From Azolla caroliniana (lineage: Eukaryota > Plantae > Polypodiophyta), in NCBI GenBank assembly GCA_043228905.1, contig JBHGNT010000585.1:1-19950 (forward strand): DNA of 19,950 nucleotides, read 5' to 3'. Below, in pieces: positions 7,170 to 19,596 of the stretch; position 1 is the stretch's first letter; each line of letters starts with the position of its first letter. Position numbers and translations under genes: made by a program. Below the pieces are notes generated by a model. That model made no database searches and was not told where the DNA came from. It was given only the letters and a program-made list of their open reading frames with translations.

Positions 7170-8035
7170 ATAGTACATAAACCTTGTTCAAATTATTCTC
7201 GTGGTCTCTCTCTAATTTCTCGTAAGTGTTTACGAACAAGTGCGTCTCCCCAATCGCGCATTACACCCACACGAACGTAAACACGAGCACCAACGTCCCT
7301 CCAACACGAACGTAGACACGACCACCAACGTATAGAATTTGCCTATAGGGACCGCAAACCACCCAAACGGAAAAAAAACATCAAAGCGGAACACCCACCC
7401 ATACCGCACACGCCACGGCAACGGCTAAGGTCAACTTGTACACGCGGCGAATGTGAACTTGCTTCCACACTTGCCCGATAGGACACTCCTAGTGTGGTAG
7501 TCCGGTTAGCTTTCCTTGTCGTCGTCGTTACCAACCCCTCGTCCGAACGAGCGAGTACGGACACCGGTCTATCTACGTTCATCGATGTAGCACACTCGGG
7601 AGCCACCACTCGTCCCGCAGTAGCCTCCGCGTGCTTAGTGTCTCGGCACTAGCGCGTGCTAGTTTAATGTGCACGTGCCCGCACACCCCTACGCGCACGC
7701 GCGAGTGCGCACATCTACCTACGTATGTATAAATGTTATGTTGCTCGACAAGCTCTCGCGCGAGGAGGAGGAGGAGTACCCGCCACAGGTTGCGCCCAGA
7801 TTGTCTGGTGACAATACGACACCTAGGACTAGCCTAGACGTGTGGGAGGGTGGACTAGTTGGTATGGGTCTTGGGCAAGAGTTGTACGCAGGGACACACA
7901 CGTTATGGTAATGGGAGTGGTGAGTGACATGCATGTGCTCTGATTGCATGGCCATGTGTATATATTAAAGGTGGAGGGAGCAATGTCAATACAATCCATT
8001 AGGAGACAAGCACCGGGATCATAAGGACAATCGCA

Positions 8036-8821
8036 ATGGCAAAGCTTACTTCCGTATTCCTCATGGCCGTGATCATGCTCGCCGCGTGTACCGCGGCCAA
8101 TGCTAGGTCTGTAGGGCGGGACCGTGAAGAGGAGCGACGCGATCGACGTCGTGAGGGAGACATTGACGAGGAGAGGCGCGACCGACGCCGAGAGGGGGAG
8201 TGCGATGACGAGAGGCGCGAGCGACGTCGTGAGGGGTTCCTTGAGGAGGGGCGCCGCTACAGAGACAACAAGAGAGACTCCGAAGAGGAAAGGGAACGTC
8301 GTAGCCGTGGTCGCGATGAGCCACGTGACGAGGAACTGAGGCGAGAGTGCGGTGATTTCATCGACAAGCAGATCCGAGAGCTACAAGAGCGCTCCGAAAG
8401 AGAGGAAGGTGAACAAGGACGTCGCTCCCCATGGATCGAAAACACTCGATACTCAAGACCCTCGGAACGGTGCTGCAGGAACGTCGAACGAATCCCCGCC
8501 GAAGATCGATGCGATCGCCTACGTGATGCCTTGTATGCTGACGAGGAGGAACGACGCAATGATGAAGGCCGACGCCATGGCCAACAATCAAGGGAACACC
8601 GTAGCTGGGAGGAAGAGGACGAGGAGCGCGAGAGAGATAGCAGCCGTGAGCGACGAGAGGGTGACGAACGCCGCCACCGCATGTCTCGACGACAAGAGGA
8701 CGAACGTCAACAACGTCGCCAATTCAAGGCCGATGACGAGGAAAGAGCTCTAGGCGTCGCCGCCTCCCGCCTACTCCAACAGTGCGATCTTCGCCCTCGT
8801 GCTTGTATTCGTCGCTTCTAA
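8036..8821 (+). CDS. 2S-albumin-like storage protein precursor, 261 aa (identical copy)
   Basis: Translation identical to 1428..2213. Confidence 0.85.
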   Translation: MAKLTSVFLMAVIMLAACTAANARSVGRDREEERRDRRREGDIDEERRDRRREGECDDERRERRREGFLEEGRRYRDNKRDSEEERERRSRGRDEPRDEELRRECGDFIDKQIRELQERSEREEGEQGRRSPWIENTRYSRPSERCCRNVERIPAEDRCDRLRDALYADEEERRNDEGRRHGQQSREHRSWEEEDEERERDSSRERREGDERRHRMSRRQEDERQQRRQFKADDEERALGVAASRLLQQCDLRPRACIRRF

Positions 8822-9413
8822 ATAGTACATAAACCTTGTTCAAATTATTCTCGTGGTCTCTCTCTAATTTCTCGTAAGTGTTTACGAACAAGTGCGTCTC
8901 CCCAATCGCGCATTACACCCACACGAACGTAAACACGAGCACCAACGTCCCTCCAACACGAACGTAGACACGACCACCAACGTATAGAATTTGCCTATAG
9001 GGACCGCAAACCACCCAAACGGAAAAAAAACATCAAAGCGGAACACCCACCCATACCGCACACGCCACGGCAACGGCTAAGGTCAACTTGTACACGCGGC
9101 GAATGTGAACTTGCTTCCACACTTGCCCGATAGGACACTCCTAGTGTGGTAGTCCGGTTAGCTTTCCTTGTCGTCGTCGTTACCAACCCCTCGTCCGAAC
9201 GAGCGAGTACGGACACCGGTCTATCTACGTTCATCGATGTAGCACACTCGGGAGCCACCACTCGTCCCGCAGTAGCCTCCGCGTGCTTAGTGTCTCGGCA
9301 CTAGCGCGTGCTAGTTTAATGTGCACGTGCCCGCACACCCCTACGCGCACGCGCGAGTGCGCACATCTACCTACGTATGTATAAATGTTATGTTGCTCGA
9401 CAAGCTCTCGCGC

Positions 9414-9425
9414 GAGGAGGAGGAG
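9414..9425 (+). repeat. (GAG)4 variant, a 3-bp deletion relative to all other units
   Basis: cgcgaggaggaggagtaccc here versus cgcgaggaggaggaggagtaccc elsewhere. The overlapping spurious ORFs are 1 aa shorter (79 vs 80, 77 vs 78). Confidence 0.95.
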
Positions 9426-9684
9426 TACCCGCCACAGGTTGCGCCCAGATTGTCTGGTGACAATACGACACCTAGGACTAGCCTAGACGTGTGGGAGGGT
9501 GGACTAGTTGGTATGGGTCTTGGGCAAGAGTTGTACGCAGGGACACACACGTTATGGTAATGGGAGTGGTGAGTGACATGCATGTGCTCTGATTGCATGG
9601 CCATGTGTATATATTAAAGGTGGAGGGAGCAATGTCAATACAATCCATTAGGAGACAAGCACCGGGATCATAAGGACAATCGCA

Positions 9685-10470
9685 ATGGCAAAGCTTACTT
9701 CCGTATTCCTCATGGCCGTGATCATGCTCGCCGCGTGTACCGCGGCCAATGCTAGGTCTGTAGGGCGGGACCGTGAAGAGGAGCGACGCGATCGACGTCG
9801 TGAGGGAGACATTGACGAGGAGAGGCGCGACCGACGCCGAGAGGGGGAGTGCGATGACGAGAGGCGCGAGCGACGTCGTGAGGGGTTCCTTGAGGAGGGG
9901 CGCCGCTACAGAGACAACAAGAGAGACTCCGAAGAGGAAAGGGAACGTCGTAGCCGTGGTCGCGATGAGCCACGTGACGAGGAACTGAGGCGAGAGTGCG
10001 GTGATTTCATCGACAAGCAGATCCGAGAGCTACAAGAGCGCTCCGAAAGAGAGGAAGGTGAACAAGGACGTCGCTCCCCATGGATCGAAAACACTCGATA
10101 CTCAAGACCCTCGGAACGGTGCTGCAGGAACGTCGAACGAATCCCCGCCGAAGATCGATGCGATCGCCTACGTGATGCCTTGTATGCTGACGAGGAGGAA
10201 CGACGCAATGATGAAGGCCGACGCCATGGCCAACAATCAAGGGAACACCGTAGCTGGGAGGAAGAGGACGAGGAGCGCGAGAGAGATAGCAGCCGTGAGC
10301 GACGAGAGGGTGACGAACGCCGCCACCGCATGTCTCGACGACAAGAGGACGAACGTCAACAACGTCGCCAATTCAAGGCCGATGACGAGGAAAGAGCTCT
10401 AGGCGTCGCCGCCTCCCGCCTACTCCAACAGTGCGATCTTCGCCCTCGTGCTTGTATTCGTCGCTTCTAA
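9685..10470 (+). CDS. 2S-albumin-like storage protein precursor, 261 aa (identical copy; upstream spacer carries the (GAG)4 variant)
   Basis: Translation identical to 1428..2213; offset from the previous copy is 1649 rather than 1652. Confidence 0.85.
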   Translation: MAKLTSVFLMAVIMLAACTAANARSVGRDREEERRDRRREGDIDEERRDRRREGECDDERRERRREGFLEEGRRYRDNKRDSEEERERRSRGRDEPRDEELRRECGDFIDKQIRELQERSEREEGEQGRRSPWIENTRYSRPSERCCRNVERIPAEDRCDRLRDALYADEEERRNDEGRRHGQQSREHRSWEEEDEERERDSSRERREGDERRHRMSRRQEDERQQRRQFKADDEERALGVAASRLLQQCDLRPRACIRRF

Positions 10471-11336
10471 ATAGTACATAAACCTTGTTCAAATTATTCT
10501 CGTGGTCTCTCTCTAATTTCTCGTAAGTGTTTACGAACAAGTGCGTCTCCCCAATCGCGCATTACACCCACACGAACGTAAACACGAGCACCAACGTCCC
10601 TCCAACACGAACGTAGACACGACCACCAACGTATAGAATTTGCCTATAGGGACCGCAAACCACCCAAACGGAAAAAAAACATCAAAGCGGAACACCCACC
10701 CATACCGCACACGCCACGGCAACGGCTAAGGTCAACTTGTACACGCGGCGAATGTGAACTTGCTTCCACACTTGCCCGATAGGACACTCCTAGTGTGGTA
10801 GTCCGGTTAGCTTTCCTTGTCGTCGTCGTTACCAACCCCTCGTCCGAACGAGCGAGTACGGACACCGGTCTATCTACGTTCATCGATGTAGCACACTCGG
10901 GAGCCACCACTCGTCCCGCAGTAGCCTCCGCGTGCTTAGTGTCTCGGCACTAGCGCGTGCTAGTTTAATGTGCACGTGCCCGCACACCCCTACGCGCACG
11001 CGCGAGTGCGCACATCTACCTACGTATGTATAAATGTTATGTTGCTCGACAAGCTCTCGCGCGAGGAGGAGGAGGAGTACCCGCCACAGGTTGCGCCCAG
11101 ATTGTCTGGTGACAATACGACACCTAGGACTAGCCTAGACGTGTGGGAGGGTGGACTAGTTGGTATGGGTCTTGGGCAAGAGTTGTACGCAGGGACACAC
11201 ACGTTATGGTAATGGGAGTGGTGAGTGACATGCATGTGCTCTGATTGCATGGCCATGTGTATATATTAAAGGTGGAGGGAGCAATGTCAATACAATCCAT
11301 TAGGAGACAAGCACCGGGATCATAAGGACAATCGCA

Positions 11337-12122
11337 ATGGCAAAGCTTACTTCCGTATTCCTCATGGCCGTGATCATGCTCGCCGCGTGTACCGCGGCCA
11401 ATGCTAGGTCTGTAGGGCGGGACCGTGAAGAGGAGCGACGCGATCGACGTCGTGAGGGAGACATTGACGAGGAGAGGCGCGACCGACGCCGAGAGGGGGA
11501 GTGCGATGACGAGAGGCGCGAGCGACGTCGTGAGGGGTTCCTTGAGGAGGGGCGCCGCTACAGAGACAACAAGAGAGACTCCGAAGAGGAAAGGGAACGT
11601 CGTAGCCGTGGTCGCGATGAGCCACGTGACGAGGAACTGAGGCGAGAGTGCGGTGATTTCATCGACAAGCAGATCCGAGAGCTACAAGAGCGCTCCGAAA
11701 GAGAGGAAGGTGAACAAGGACGTCGCTCCCCATGGATCGAAAACACTCGATACTCAAGACCCTCGGAACGGTGCTGCAGGAACGTCGAACGAATCCCCGC
11801 CGAAGATCGATGCGATCGCCTACGTGATGCCTTGTATGCTGACGAGGAGGAACGACGCAATGATGAAGGCCGACGCCATGGCCAACAATCAAGGGAACAC
11901 CGTAGCTGGGAGGAAGAGGACGAGGAGCGCGAGAGAGATAGCAGCCGTGAGCGACGAGAGGGTGACGAACGCCGCCACCGCATGTCTCGACGACAAGAGG
12001 ACGAACGTCAACAACGTCGCCAATTCAAGGCCGATGACGAGGAAAGAGCTCTAGGCGTCGCCGCCTCCCGCCTACTCCAACAGTGCGATCTTCGCCCTCG
12101 TGCTTGTATTCGTCGCTTCTAA
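11337..12122 (+). CDS. 2S-albumin-like storage protein precursor, 261 aa (identical copy)
   Basis: Translation identical to 1428..2213. Confidence 0.85.
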   Translation: MAKLTSVFLMAVIMLAACTAANARSVGRDREEERRDRRREGDIDEERRDRRREGECDDERRERRREGFLEEGRRYRDNKRDSEEERERRSRGRDEPRDEELRRECGDFIDKQIRELQERSEREEGEQGRRSPWIENTRYSRPSERCCRNVERIPAEDRCDRLRDALYADEEERRNDEGRRHGQQSREHRSWEEEDEERERDSSRERREGDERRHRMSRRQEDERQQRRQFKADDEERALGVAASRLLQQCDLRPRACIRRF

Positions 12123-12988
12123 ATAGTACATAAACCTTGTTCAAATTATTCTCGTGGTCTCTCTCTAATTTCTCGTAAGTGTTTACGAACAAGTGCGTCT
12201 CCCCAATCGCGCATTACACCCACACGAACGTAAACACGAGCACCAACGTCCCTCCAACACGAACGTAGACACGACCACCAACGTATAGAATTTGCCTATA
12301 GGGACCGCAAACCACCCAAACGGAAAAAAAACATCAAAGCGGAACACCCACCCATACCGCACACGCCACGGCAACGGCTAAGGTCAACTTGTACACGCGG
12401 CGAATGTGAACTTGCTTCCACACTTGCCCGATAGGACACTCCTAGTGTGGTAGTCCGGTTAGCTTTCCTTGTCGTCGTCGTTACCAACCCCTCGTCCGAA
12501 CGAGCGAGTACGGACACCGGTCTATCTACGTTCATCGATGTAGCACACTCGGGAGCCACCACTCGTCCCGCAGTAGCCTCCGCGTGCTTAGTGTCTCGGC
12601 ACTAGCGCGTGCTAGTTTAATGTGCACGTGCCCGCACACCCCTACGCGCACGCGCGAGTGCGCACATCTACCTACGTATGTATAAATGTTATGTTGCTCG
12701 ACAAGCTCTCGCGCGAGGAGGAGGAGGAGTACCCGCCACAGGTTGCGCCCAGATTGTCTGGTGACAATACGACACCTAGGACTAGCCTAGACGTGTGGGA
12801 GGGTGGACTAGTTGGTATGGGTCTTGGGCAAGAGTTGTACGCAGGGACACACACGTTATGGTAATGGGAGTGGTGAGTGACATGCATGTGCTCTGATTGC
12901 ATGGCCATGTGTATATATTAAAGGTGGAGGGAGCAATGTCAATACAATCCATTAGGAGACAAGCACCGGGATCATAAGGACAATCGCA

Positions 12989-13774
12989 ATGGCAAAGCTT
13001 ACTTCCGTATTCCTCATGGCCGTGATCATGCTCGCCGCGTGTACCGCGGCCAATGCTAGGTCTGTAGGGCGGGACCGTGAAGAGGAGCGACGCGATCGAC
13101 GTCGTGAGGGAGACATTGACGAGGAGAGGCGCGACCGACGCCGAGAGGGGGAGTGCGATGACGAGAGGCGCGAGCGACGTCGTGAGGGGTTCCTTGAGGA
13201 GGGGCGCCGCTACAGAGACAACAAGAGAGACTCCGAAGAGGAAAGGGAACGTCGTAGCCGTGGTCGCGATGAGCCACGTGACGAGGAACTGAGGCGAGAG
13301 TGCGGTGATTTCATCGACAAGCAGATCCGAGAGCTACAAGAGCGCTCCGAAAGAGAGGAAGGTGAACAAGGACGTCGCTCCCCATGGATCGAAAACACTC
13401 GATACTCAAGACCCTCGGAACGGTGCTGCAGGAACGTCGAACGAATCCCCGCCGAAGATCGATGCGATCGCCTACGTGATGCCTTGTATGCTGACGAGGA
13501 GGAACGACGCAATGATGAAGGCCGACGCCATGGCCAACAATCAAGGGAACACCGTAGCTGGGAGGAAGAGGACGAGGAGCGCGAGAGAGATAGCAGCCGT
13601 GAGCGACGAGAGGGTGACGAACGCCGCCACCGCATGTCTCGACGACAAGAGGACGAACGTCAACAACGTCGCCAATTCAAGGCCGATGACGAGGAAAGAG
13701 CTCTAGGCGTCGCCGCCTCCCGCCTACTCCAACAGTGCGATCTTCGCCCTCGTGCTTGTATTCGTCGCTTCTAA
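12989..13774 (+). CDS. 2S-albumin-like storage protein precursor, 261 aa (identical copy)
   Basis: Translation identical to 1428..2213. Confidence 0.85.
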   Translation: MAKLTSVFLMAVIMLAACTAANARSVGRDREEERRDRRREGDIDEERRDRRREGECDDERRERRREGFLEEGRRYRDNKRDSEEERERRSRGRDEPRDEELRRECGDFIDKQIRELQERSEREEGEQGRRSPWIENTRYSRPSERCCRNVERIPAEDRCDRLRDALYADEEERRNDEGRRHGQQSREHRSWEEEDEERERDSSRERREGDERRHRMSRRQEDERQQRRQFKADDEERALGVAASRLLQQCDLRPRACIRRF

Positions 13775-14640
13775 ATAGTACATAAACCTTGTTCAAATTA
13801 TTCTCGTGGTCTCTCTCTAATTTCTCGTAAGTGTTTACGAACAAGTGCGTCTCCCCAATCGCGCATTACACCCACACGAACGTAAACACGAGCACCAACG
13901 TCCCTCCAACACGAACGTAGACACGACCACCAACGTATAGAATTTGCCTATAGGGACCGCAAACCACCCAAACGGAAAAAAAACATCAAAGCGGAACACC
14001 CACCCATACCGCACACGCCACGGCAACGGCTAAGGTCAACTTGTACACGCGGCGAATGTGAACTTGCTTCCACACTTGCCCGATAGGACACTCCTAGTGT
14101 GGTAGTCCGGTTAGCTTTCCTTGTCGTCGTCGTTACCAACCCCTCGTCCGAACGAGCGAGTACGGACACCGGTCTATCTACGTTCATCGATGTAGCACAC
14201 TCGGGAGCCACCACTCGTCCCGCAGTAGCCTCCGCGTGCTTAGTGTCTCGGCACTAGCGCGTGCTAGTTTAATGTGCACGTGCCCGCACACCCCTACGCG
14301 CACGCGCGAGTGCGCACATCTACCTACGTATGTATAAATGTTATGTTGCTCGACAAGCTCTCGCGCGAGGAGGAGGAGGAGTACCCGCCACAGGTTGCGC
14401 CCAGATTGTCTGGTGACAATACGACACCTAGGACTAGCCTAGACGTGTGGGAGGGTGGACTAGTTGGTATGGGTCTTGGGCAAGAGTTGTACGCAGGGAC
14501 ACACACGTTATGGTAATGGGAGTGGTGAGTGACATGCATGTGCTCTGATTGCATGGCCATGTGTATATATTAAAGGTGGAGGGAGCAATGTCAATACAAT
14601 CCATTAGGAGACAAGCACCGGGATCATAAGGACAATCGCA

Positions 14641-15426
14641 ATGGCAAAGCTTACTTCCGTATTCCTCATGGCCGTGATCATGCTCGCCGCGTGTACCGCG
14701 GCCAATGCTAGGTCTGTAGGGCGGGACCGTGAAGAGGAGCGACGCGATCGACGTCGTGAGGGAGACATTGACGAGGAGAGGCGCGACCGACGCCGAGAGG
14801 GGGAGTGCGATGACGAGAGGCGCGAGCGACGTCGTGAGGGGTTCCTTGAGGAGGGGCGCCGCTACAGAGACAACAAGAGAGACTCCGAAGAGGAAAGGGA
14901 ACGTCGTAGCCGTGGTCGCGATGAGCCACGTGACGAGGAACTGAGGCGAGAGTGCGGTGATTTCATCGACAAGCAGATCCGAGAGCTACAAGAGCGCTCC
15001 GAAAGAGAGGAAGGTGAACAAGGACGTCGCTCCCCATGGATCGAAAACACTCGATACTCAAGACCCTCGGAACGGTGCTGCAGGAACGTCGAACGAATCC
15101 CCGCCGAAGATCGATGCGATCGCCTACGTGATGCCTTGTATGCTGACGAGGAGGAACGACGCAATGATGAAGGCCGACGCCATGGCCAACAATCAAGGGA
15201 ACACCGTAGCTGGGAGGAAGAGGACGAGGAGCGCGAGAGAGATAGCAGCCGTGAGCGACGAGAGGGTGACGAACGCCGCCACCGCATGTCTCGACGACAA
15301 GAGGACGAACGTCAACAACGTCGCCAATTCAAGGCCGATGACGAGGAAAGAGCTCTAGGCGTCGCCGCCTCCCGCCTACTCCAACAGTGCGATCTTCGCC
15401 CTCGTGCTTGTATTCGTCGCTTCTAA
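14641..15426 (+). CDS. 2S-albumin-like storage protein precursor, 261 aa (identical copy)
   Basis: Translation identical to 1428..2213. Confidence 0.85.
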   Translation: MAKLTSVFLMAVIMLAACTAANARSVGRDREEERRDRRREGDIDEERRDRRREGECDDERRERRREGFLEEGRRYRDNKRDSEEERERRSRGRDEPRDEELRRECGDFIDKQIRELQERSEREEGEQGRRSPWIENTRYSRPSERCCRNVERIPAEDRCDRLRDALYADEEERRNDEGRRHGQQSREHRSWEEEDEERERDSSRERREGDERRHRMSRRQEDERQQRRQFKADDEERALGVAASRLLQQCDLRPRACIRRF

Positions 15427-16292
15427 ATAGTACATAAACCTTGTTCAAATTATTCTCGTGGTCTCTCTCTAATTTCTCGTAAGTGTTTACGAACAAGTGC
15501 GTCTCCCCAATCGCGCATTACACCCACACGAACGTAAACACGAGCACCAACGTCCCTCCAACACGAACGTAGACACGACCACCAACGTATAGAATTTGCC
15601 TATAGGGACCGCAAACCACCCAAACGGAAAAAAAACATCAAAGCGGAACACCCACCCATACCGCACACGCCACGGCAACGGCTAAGGTCAACTTGTACAC
15701 GCGGCGAATGTGAACTTGCTTCCACACTTGCCCGATAGGACACTCCTAGTGTGGTAGTCCGGTTAGCTTTCCTTGTCGTCGTCGTTACCAACCCCTCGTC
15801 CGAACGAGCGAGTACGGACACCGGTCTATCTACGTTCATCGATGTAGCACACTCGGGAGCCACCACTCGTCCCGCAGTAGCCTCCGCGTGCTTAGTGTCT
15901 CGGCACTAGCGCGTGCTAGTTTAATGTGCACGTGCCCGCACACCCCTACGCGCACGCGCGAGTGCGCACATCTACCTACGTATGTATAAATGTTATGTTG
16001 CTCGACAAGCTCTCGCGCGAGGAGGAGGAGGAGTACCCGCCACAGGTTGCGCCCAGATTGTCTGGTGACAATACGACACCTAGGACTAGCCTAGACGTGT
16101 GGGAGGGTGGACTAGTTGGTATGGGTCTTGGGCAAGAGTTGTACGCAGGGACACACACGTTATGGTAATGGGAGTGGTGAGTGACATGCATGTGCTCTGA
16201 TTGCATGGCCATGTGTATATATTAAAGGTGGAGGGAGCAATGTCAATACAATCCATTAGGAGACAAGCACCGGGATCATAAGGACAATCGCA

Positions 16293-17078
16293 ATGGCAAA
16301 GCTTACTTCCGTATTCCTCATGGCCGTGATCATGCTCGCCGCGTGTACCGCGGCCAATGCTAGGTCTGTAGGGCGGGACCGTGAAGAGGAGCGACGCGAT
16401 CGACGTCGTGAGGGAGACATTGACGAGGAGAGGCGCGACCGACGCCGAGAGGGGGAGTGCGATGACGAGAGGCGCGAGCGACGTCGTGAGGGGTTCCTTG
16501 AGGAGGGGCGCCGCTACAGAGACAACAAGAGAGACTCCGAAGAGGAAAGGGAACGTCGTAGCCGTGGTCGCGATGAGCCACGTGACGAGGAACTGAGGCG
16601 AGAGTGCGGTGATTTCATCGACAAGCAGATCCGAGAGCTACAAGAGCGCTCCGAAAGAGAGGAAGGTGAACAAGGACGTCGCTCCCCATGGATCGAAAAC
16701 ACTCGATACTCAAGACCCTCGGAACGGTGCTGCAGGAACGTCGAACGAATCCCCGCCGAAGATCGATGCGATCGCCTACGTGATGCCTTGTATGCTGACG
16801 AGGAGGAACGACGCAATGATGAAGGCCGACGCCATGGCCAACAATCAAGGGAACACCGTAGCTGGGAGGAAGAGGACGAGGAGCGCGAGAGAGATAGCAG
16901 CCGTGAGCGACGAGAGGGTGACGAACGCCGCCACCGCATGTCTCGACGACAAGAGGACGAACGTCAACAACGTCGCCAATTCAAGGCCGATGACGAGGAA
17001 AGAGCTCTAGGCGTCGCCGCCTCCCGCCTACTCCAACAGTGCGATCTTCGCCCTCGTGCTTGTATTCGTCGCTTCTAA
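16293..17078 (+). CDS. 2S-albumin-like storage protein precursor, 261 aa (identical copy)
   Basis: Translation identical to 1428..2213. Confidence 0.85.
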   Translation: MAKLTSVFLMAVIMLAACTAANARSVGRDREEERRDRRREGDIDEERRDRRREGECDDERRERRREGFLEEGRRYRDNKRDSEEERERRSRGRDEPRDEELRRECGDFIDKQIRELQERSEREEGEQGRRSPWIENTRYSRPSERCCRNVERIPAEDRCDRLRDALYADEEERRNDEGRRHGQQSREHRSWEEEDEERERDSSRERREGDERRHRMSRRQEDERQQRRQFKADDEERALGVAASRLLQQCDLRPRACIRRF

Positions 17079-17944
17079 ATAGTACATAAACCTTGTTCAA
17101 ATTATTCTCGTGGTCTCTCTCTAATTTCTCGTAAGTGTTTACGAACAAGTGCGTCTCCCCAATCGCGCATTACACCCACACGAACGTAAACACGAGCACC
17201 AACGTCCCTCCAACACGAACGTAGACACGACCACCAACGTATAGAATTTGCCTATAGGGACCGCAAACCACCCAAACGGAAAAAAAACATCAAAGCGGAA
17301 CACCCACCCATACCGCACACGCCACGGCAACGGCTAAGGTCAACTTGTACACGCGGCGAATGTGAACTTGCTTCCACACTTGCCCGATAGGACACTCCTA
17401 GTGTGGTAGTCCGGTTAGCTTTCCTTGTCGTCGTCGTTACCAACCCCTCGTCCGAACGAGCGAGTACGGACACCGGTCTATCTACGTTCATCGATGTAGC
17501 ACACTCGGGAGCCACCACTCGTCCCGCAGTAGCCTCCGCGTGCTTAGTGTCTCGGCACTAGCGCGTGCTAGTTTAATGTGCACGTGCCCGCACACCCCTA
17601 CGCGCACGCGCGAGTGCGCACATCTACCTACGTATGTATAAATGTTATGTTGCTCGACAAGCTCTCGCGCGAGGAGGAGGAGGAGTACCCGCCACAGGTT
17701 GCGCCCAGATTGTCTGGTGACAATACGACACCTAGGACTAGCCTAGACGTGTGGGAGGGTGGACTAGTTGGTATGGGTCTTGGGCAAGAGTTGTACGCAG
17801 GGACACACACGTTATGGTAATGGGAGTGGTGAGTGACATGCATGTGCTCTGATTGCATGGCCATGTGTATATATTAAAGGTGGAGGGAGCAATGTCAATA
17901 CAATCCATTAGGAGACAAGCACCGGGATCATAAGGACAATCGCA

Positions 17945-18730
17945 ATGGCAAAGCTTACTTCCGTATTCCTCATGGCCGTGATCATGCTCGCCGCGTGTAC
18001 CGCGGCCAATGCTAGGTCTGTAGGGCGGGACCGTGAAGAGGAGCGACGCGATCGACGTCGTGAGGGAGACATTGACGAGGAGAGGCGCGACCGACGCCGA
18101 GAGGGGGAGTGCGATGACGAGAGGCGCGAGCGACGTCGTGAGGGGTTCCTTGAGGAGGGGCGCCGCTACAGAGACAACAAGAGAGACTCCGAAGAGGAAA
18201 GGGAACGTCGTAGCCGTGGTCGCGATGAGCCACGTGACGAGGAACTGAGGCGAGAGTGCGGTGATTTCATCGACAAGCAGATCCGAGAGCTACAAGAGCG
18301 CTCCGAAAGAGAGGAAGGTGAACAAGGACGTCGCTCCCCATGGATCGAAAACACTCGATACTCAAGACCCTCGGAACGGTGCTGCAGGAACGTCGAACGA
18401 ATCCCCGCCGAAGATCGATGCGATCGCCTACGTGATGCCTTGTATGCTGACGAGGAGGAACGACGCAATGATGAAGGCCGACGCCATGGCCAACAATCAA
18501 GGGAACACCGTAGCTGGGAGGAAGAGGACGAGGAGCGCGAGAGAGATAGCAGCCGTGAGCGACGAGAGGGTGACGAACGCCGCCACCGCATGTCTCGACG
18601 ACAAGAGGACGAACGTCAACAACGTCGCCAATTCAAGGCCGATGACGAGGAAAGAGCTCTAGGCGTCGCCGCCTCCCGCCTACTCCAACAGTGCGATCTT
18701 CGCCCTCGTGCTTGTATTCGTCGCTTCTAA
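17945..18730 (+). CDS. 2S-albumin-like storage protein precursor, 261 aa (identical copy)
   Basis: Translation identical to 1428..2213. Confidence 0.85.
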   Translation: MAKLTSVFLMAVIMLAACTAANARSVGRDREEERRDRRREGDIDEERRDRRREGECDDERRERRREGFLEEGRRYRDNKRDSEEERERRSRGRDEPRDEELRRECGDFIDKQIRELQERSEREEGEQGRRSPWIENTRYSRPSERCCRNVERIPAEDRCDRLRDALYADEEERRNDEGRRHGQQSREHRSWEEEDEERERDSSRERREGDERRHRMSRRQEDERQQRRQFKADDEERALGVAASRLLQQCDLRPRACIRRF

Positions 18731-19596
18731 ATAGTACATAAACCTTGTTCAAATTATTCTCGTGGTCTCTCTCTAATTTCTCGTAAGTGTTTACGAACAA
18801 GTGCGTCTCCCCAATCGCGCATTACACCCACACGAACGTAAACACGAGCACCAACGTCCCTCCAACACGAACGTAGACACGACCACCAACGTATAGAATT
18901 TGCCTATAGGGACCGCAAACCACCCAAACGGAAAAAAAACATCAAAGCGGAACACCCACCCATACCGCACACGCCACGGCAACGGCTAAGGTCAACTTGT
19001 ACACGCGGCGAATGTGAACTTGCTTCCACACTTGCCCGATAGGACACTCCTAGTGTGGTAGTCCGGTTAGCTTTCCTTGTCGTCGTCGTTACCAACCCCT
19101 CGTCCGAACGAGCGAGTACGGACACCGGTCTATCTACGTTCATCGATGTAGCACACTCGGGAGCCACCACTCGTCCCGCAGTAGCCTCCGCGTGCTTAGT
19201 GTCTCGGCACTAGCGCGTGCTAGTTTAATGTGCACGTGCCCGCACACCCCTACGCGCACGCGCGAGTGCGCACATCTACCTACGTATGTATAAATGTTAT
19301 GTTGCTCGACAAGCTCTCGCGCGAGGAGGAGGAGGAGTACCCGCCACAGGTTGCGCCCAGATTGTCTGGTGACAATACGACACCTAGGACTAGCCTAGAC
19401 GTGTGGGAGGGTGGACTAGTTGGTATGGGTCTTGGGCAAGAGTTGTACGCAGGGACACACACGTTATGGTAATGGGAGTGGTGAGTGACATGCATGTGCT
19501 CTGATTGCATGGCCATGTGTATATATTAAAGGTGGAGGGAGCAATGTCAATACAATCCATTAGGAGACAAGCACCGGGATCATAAGGACAATCGCA

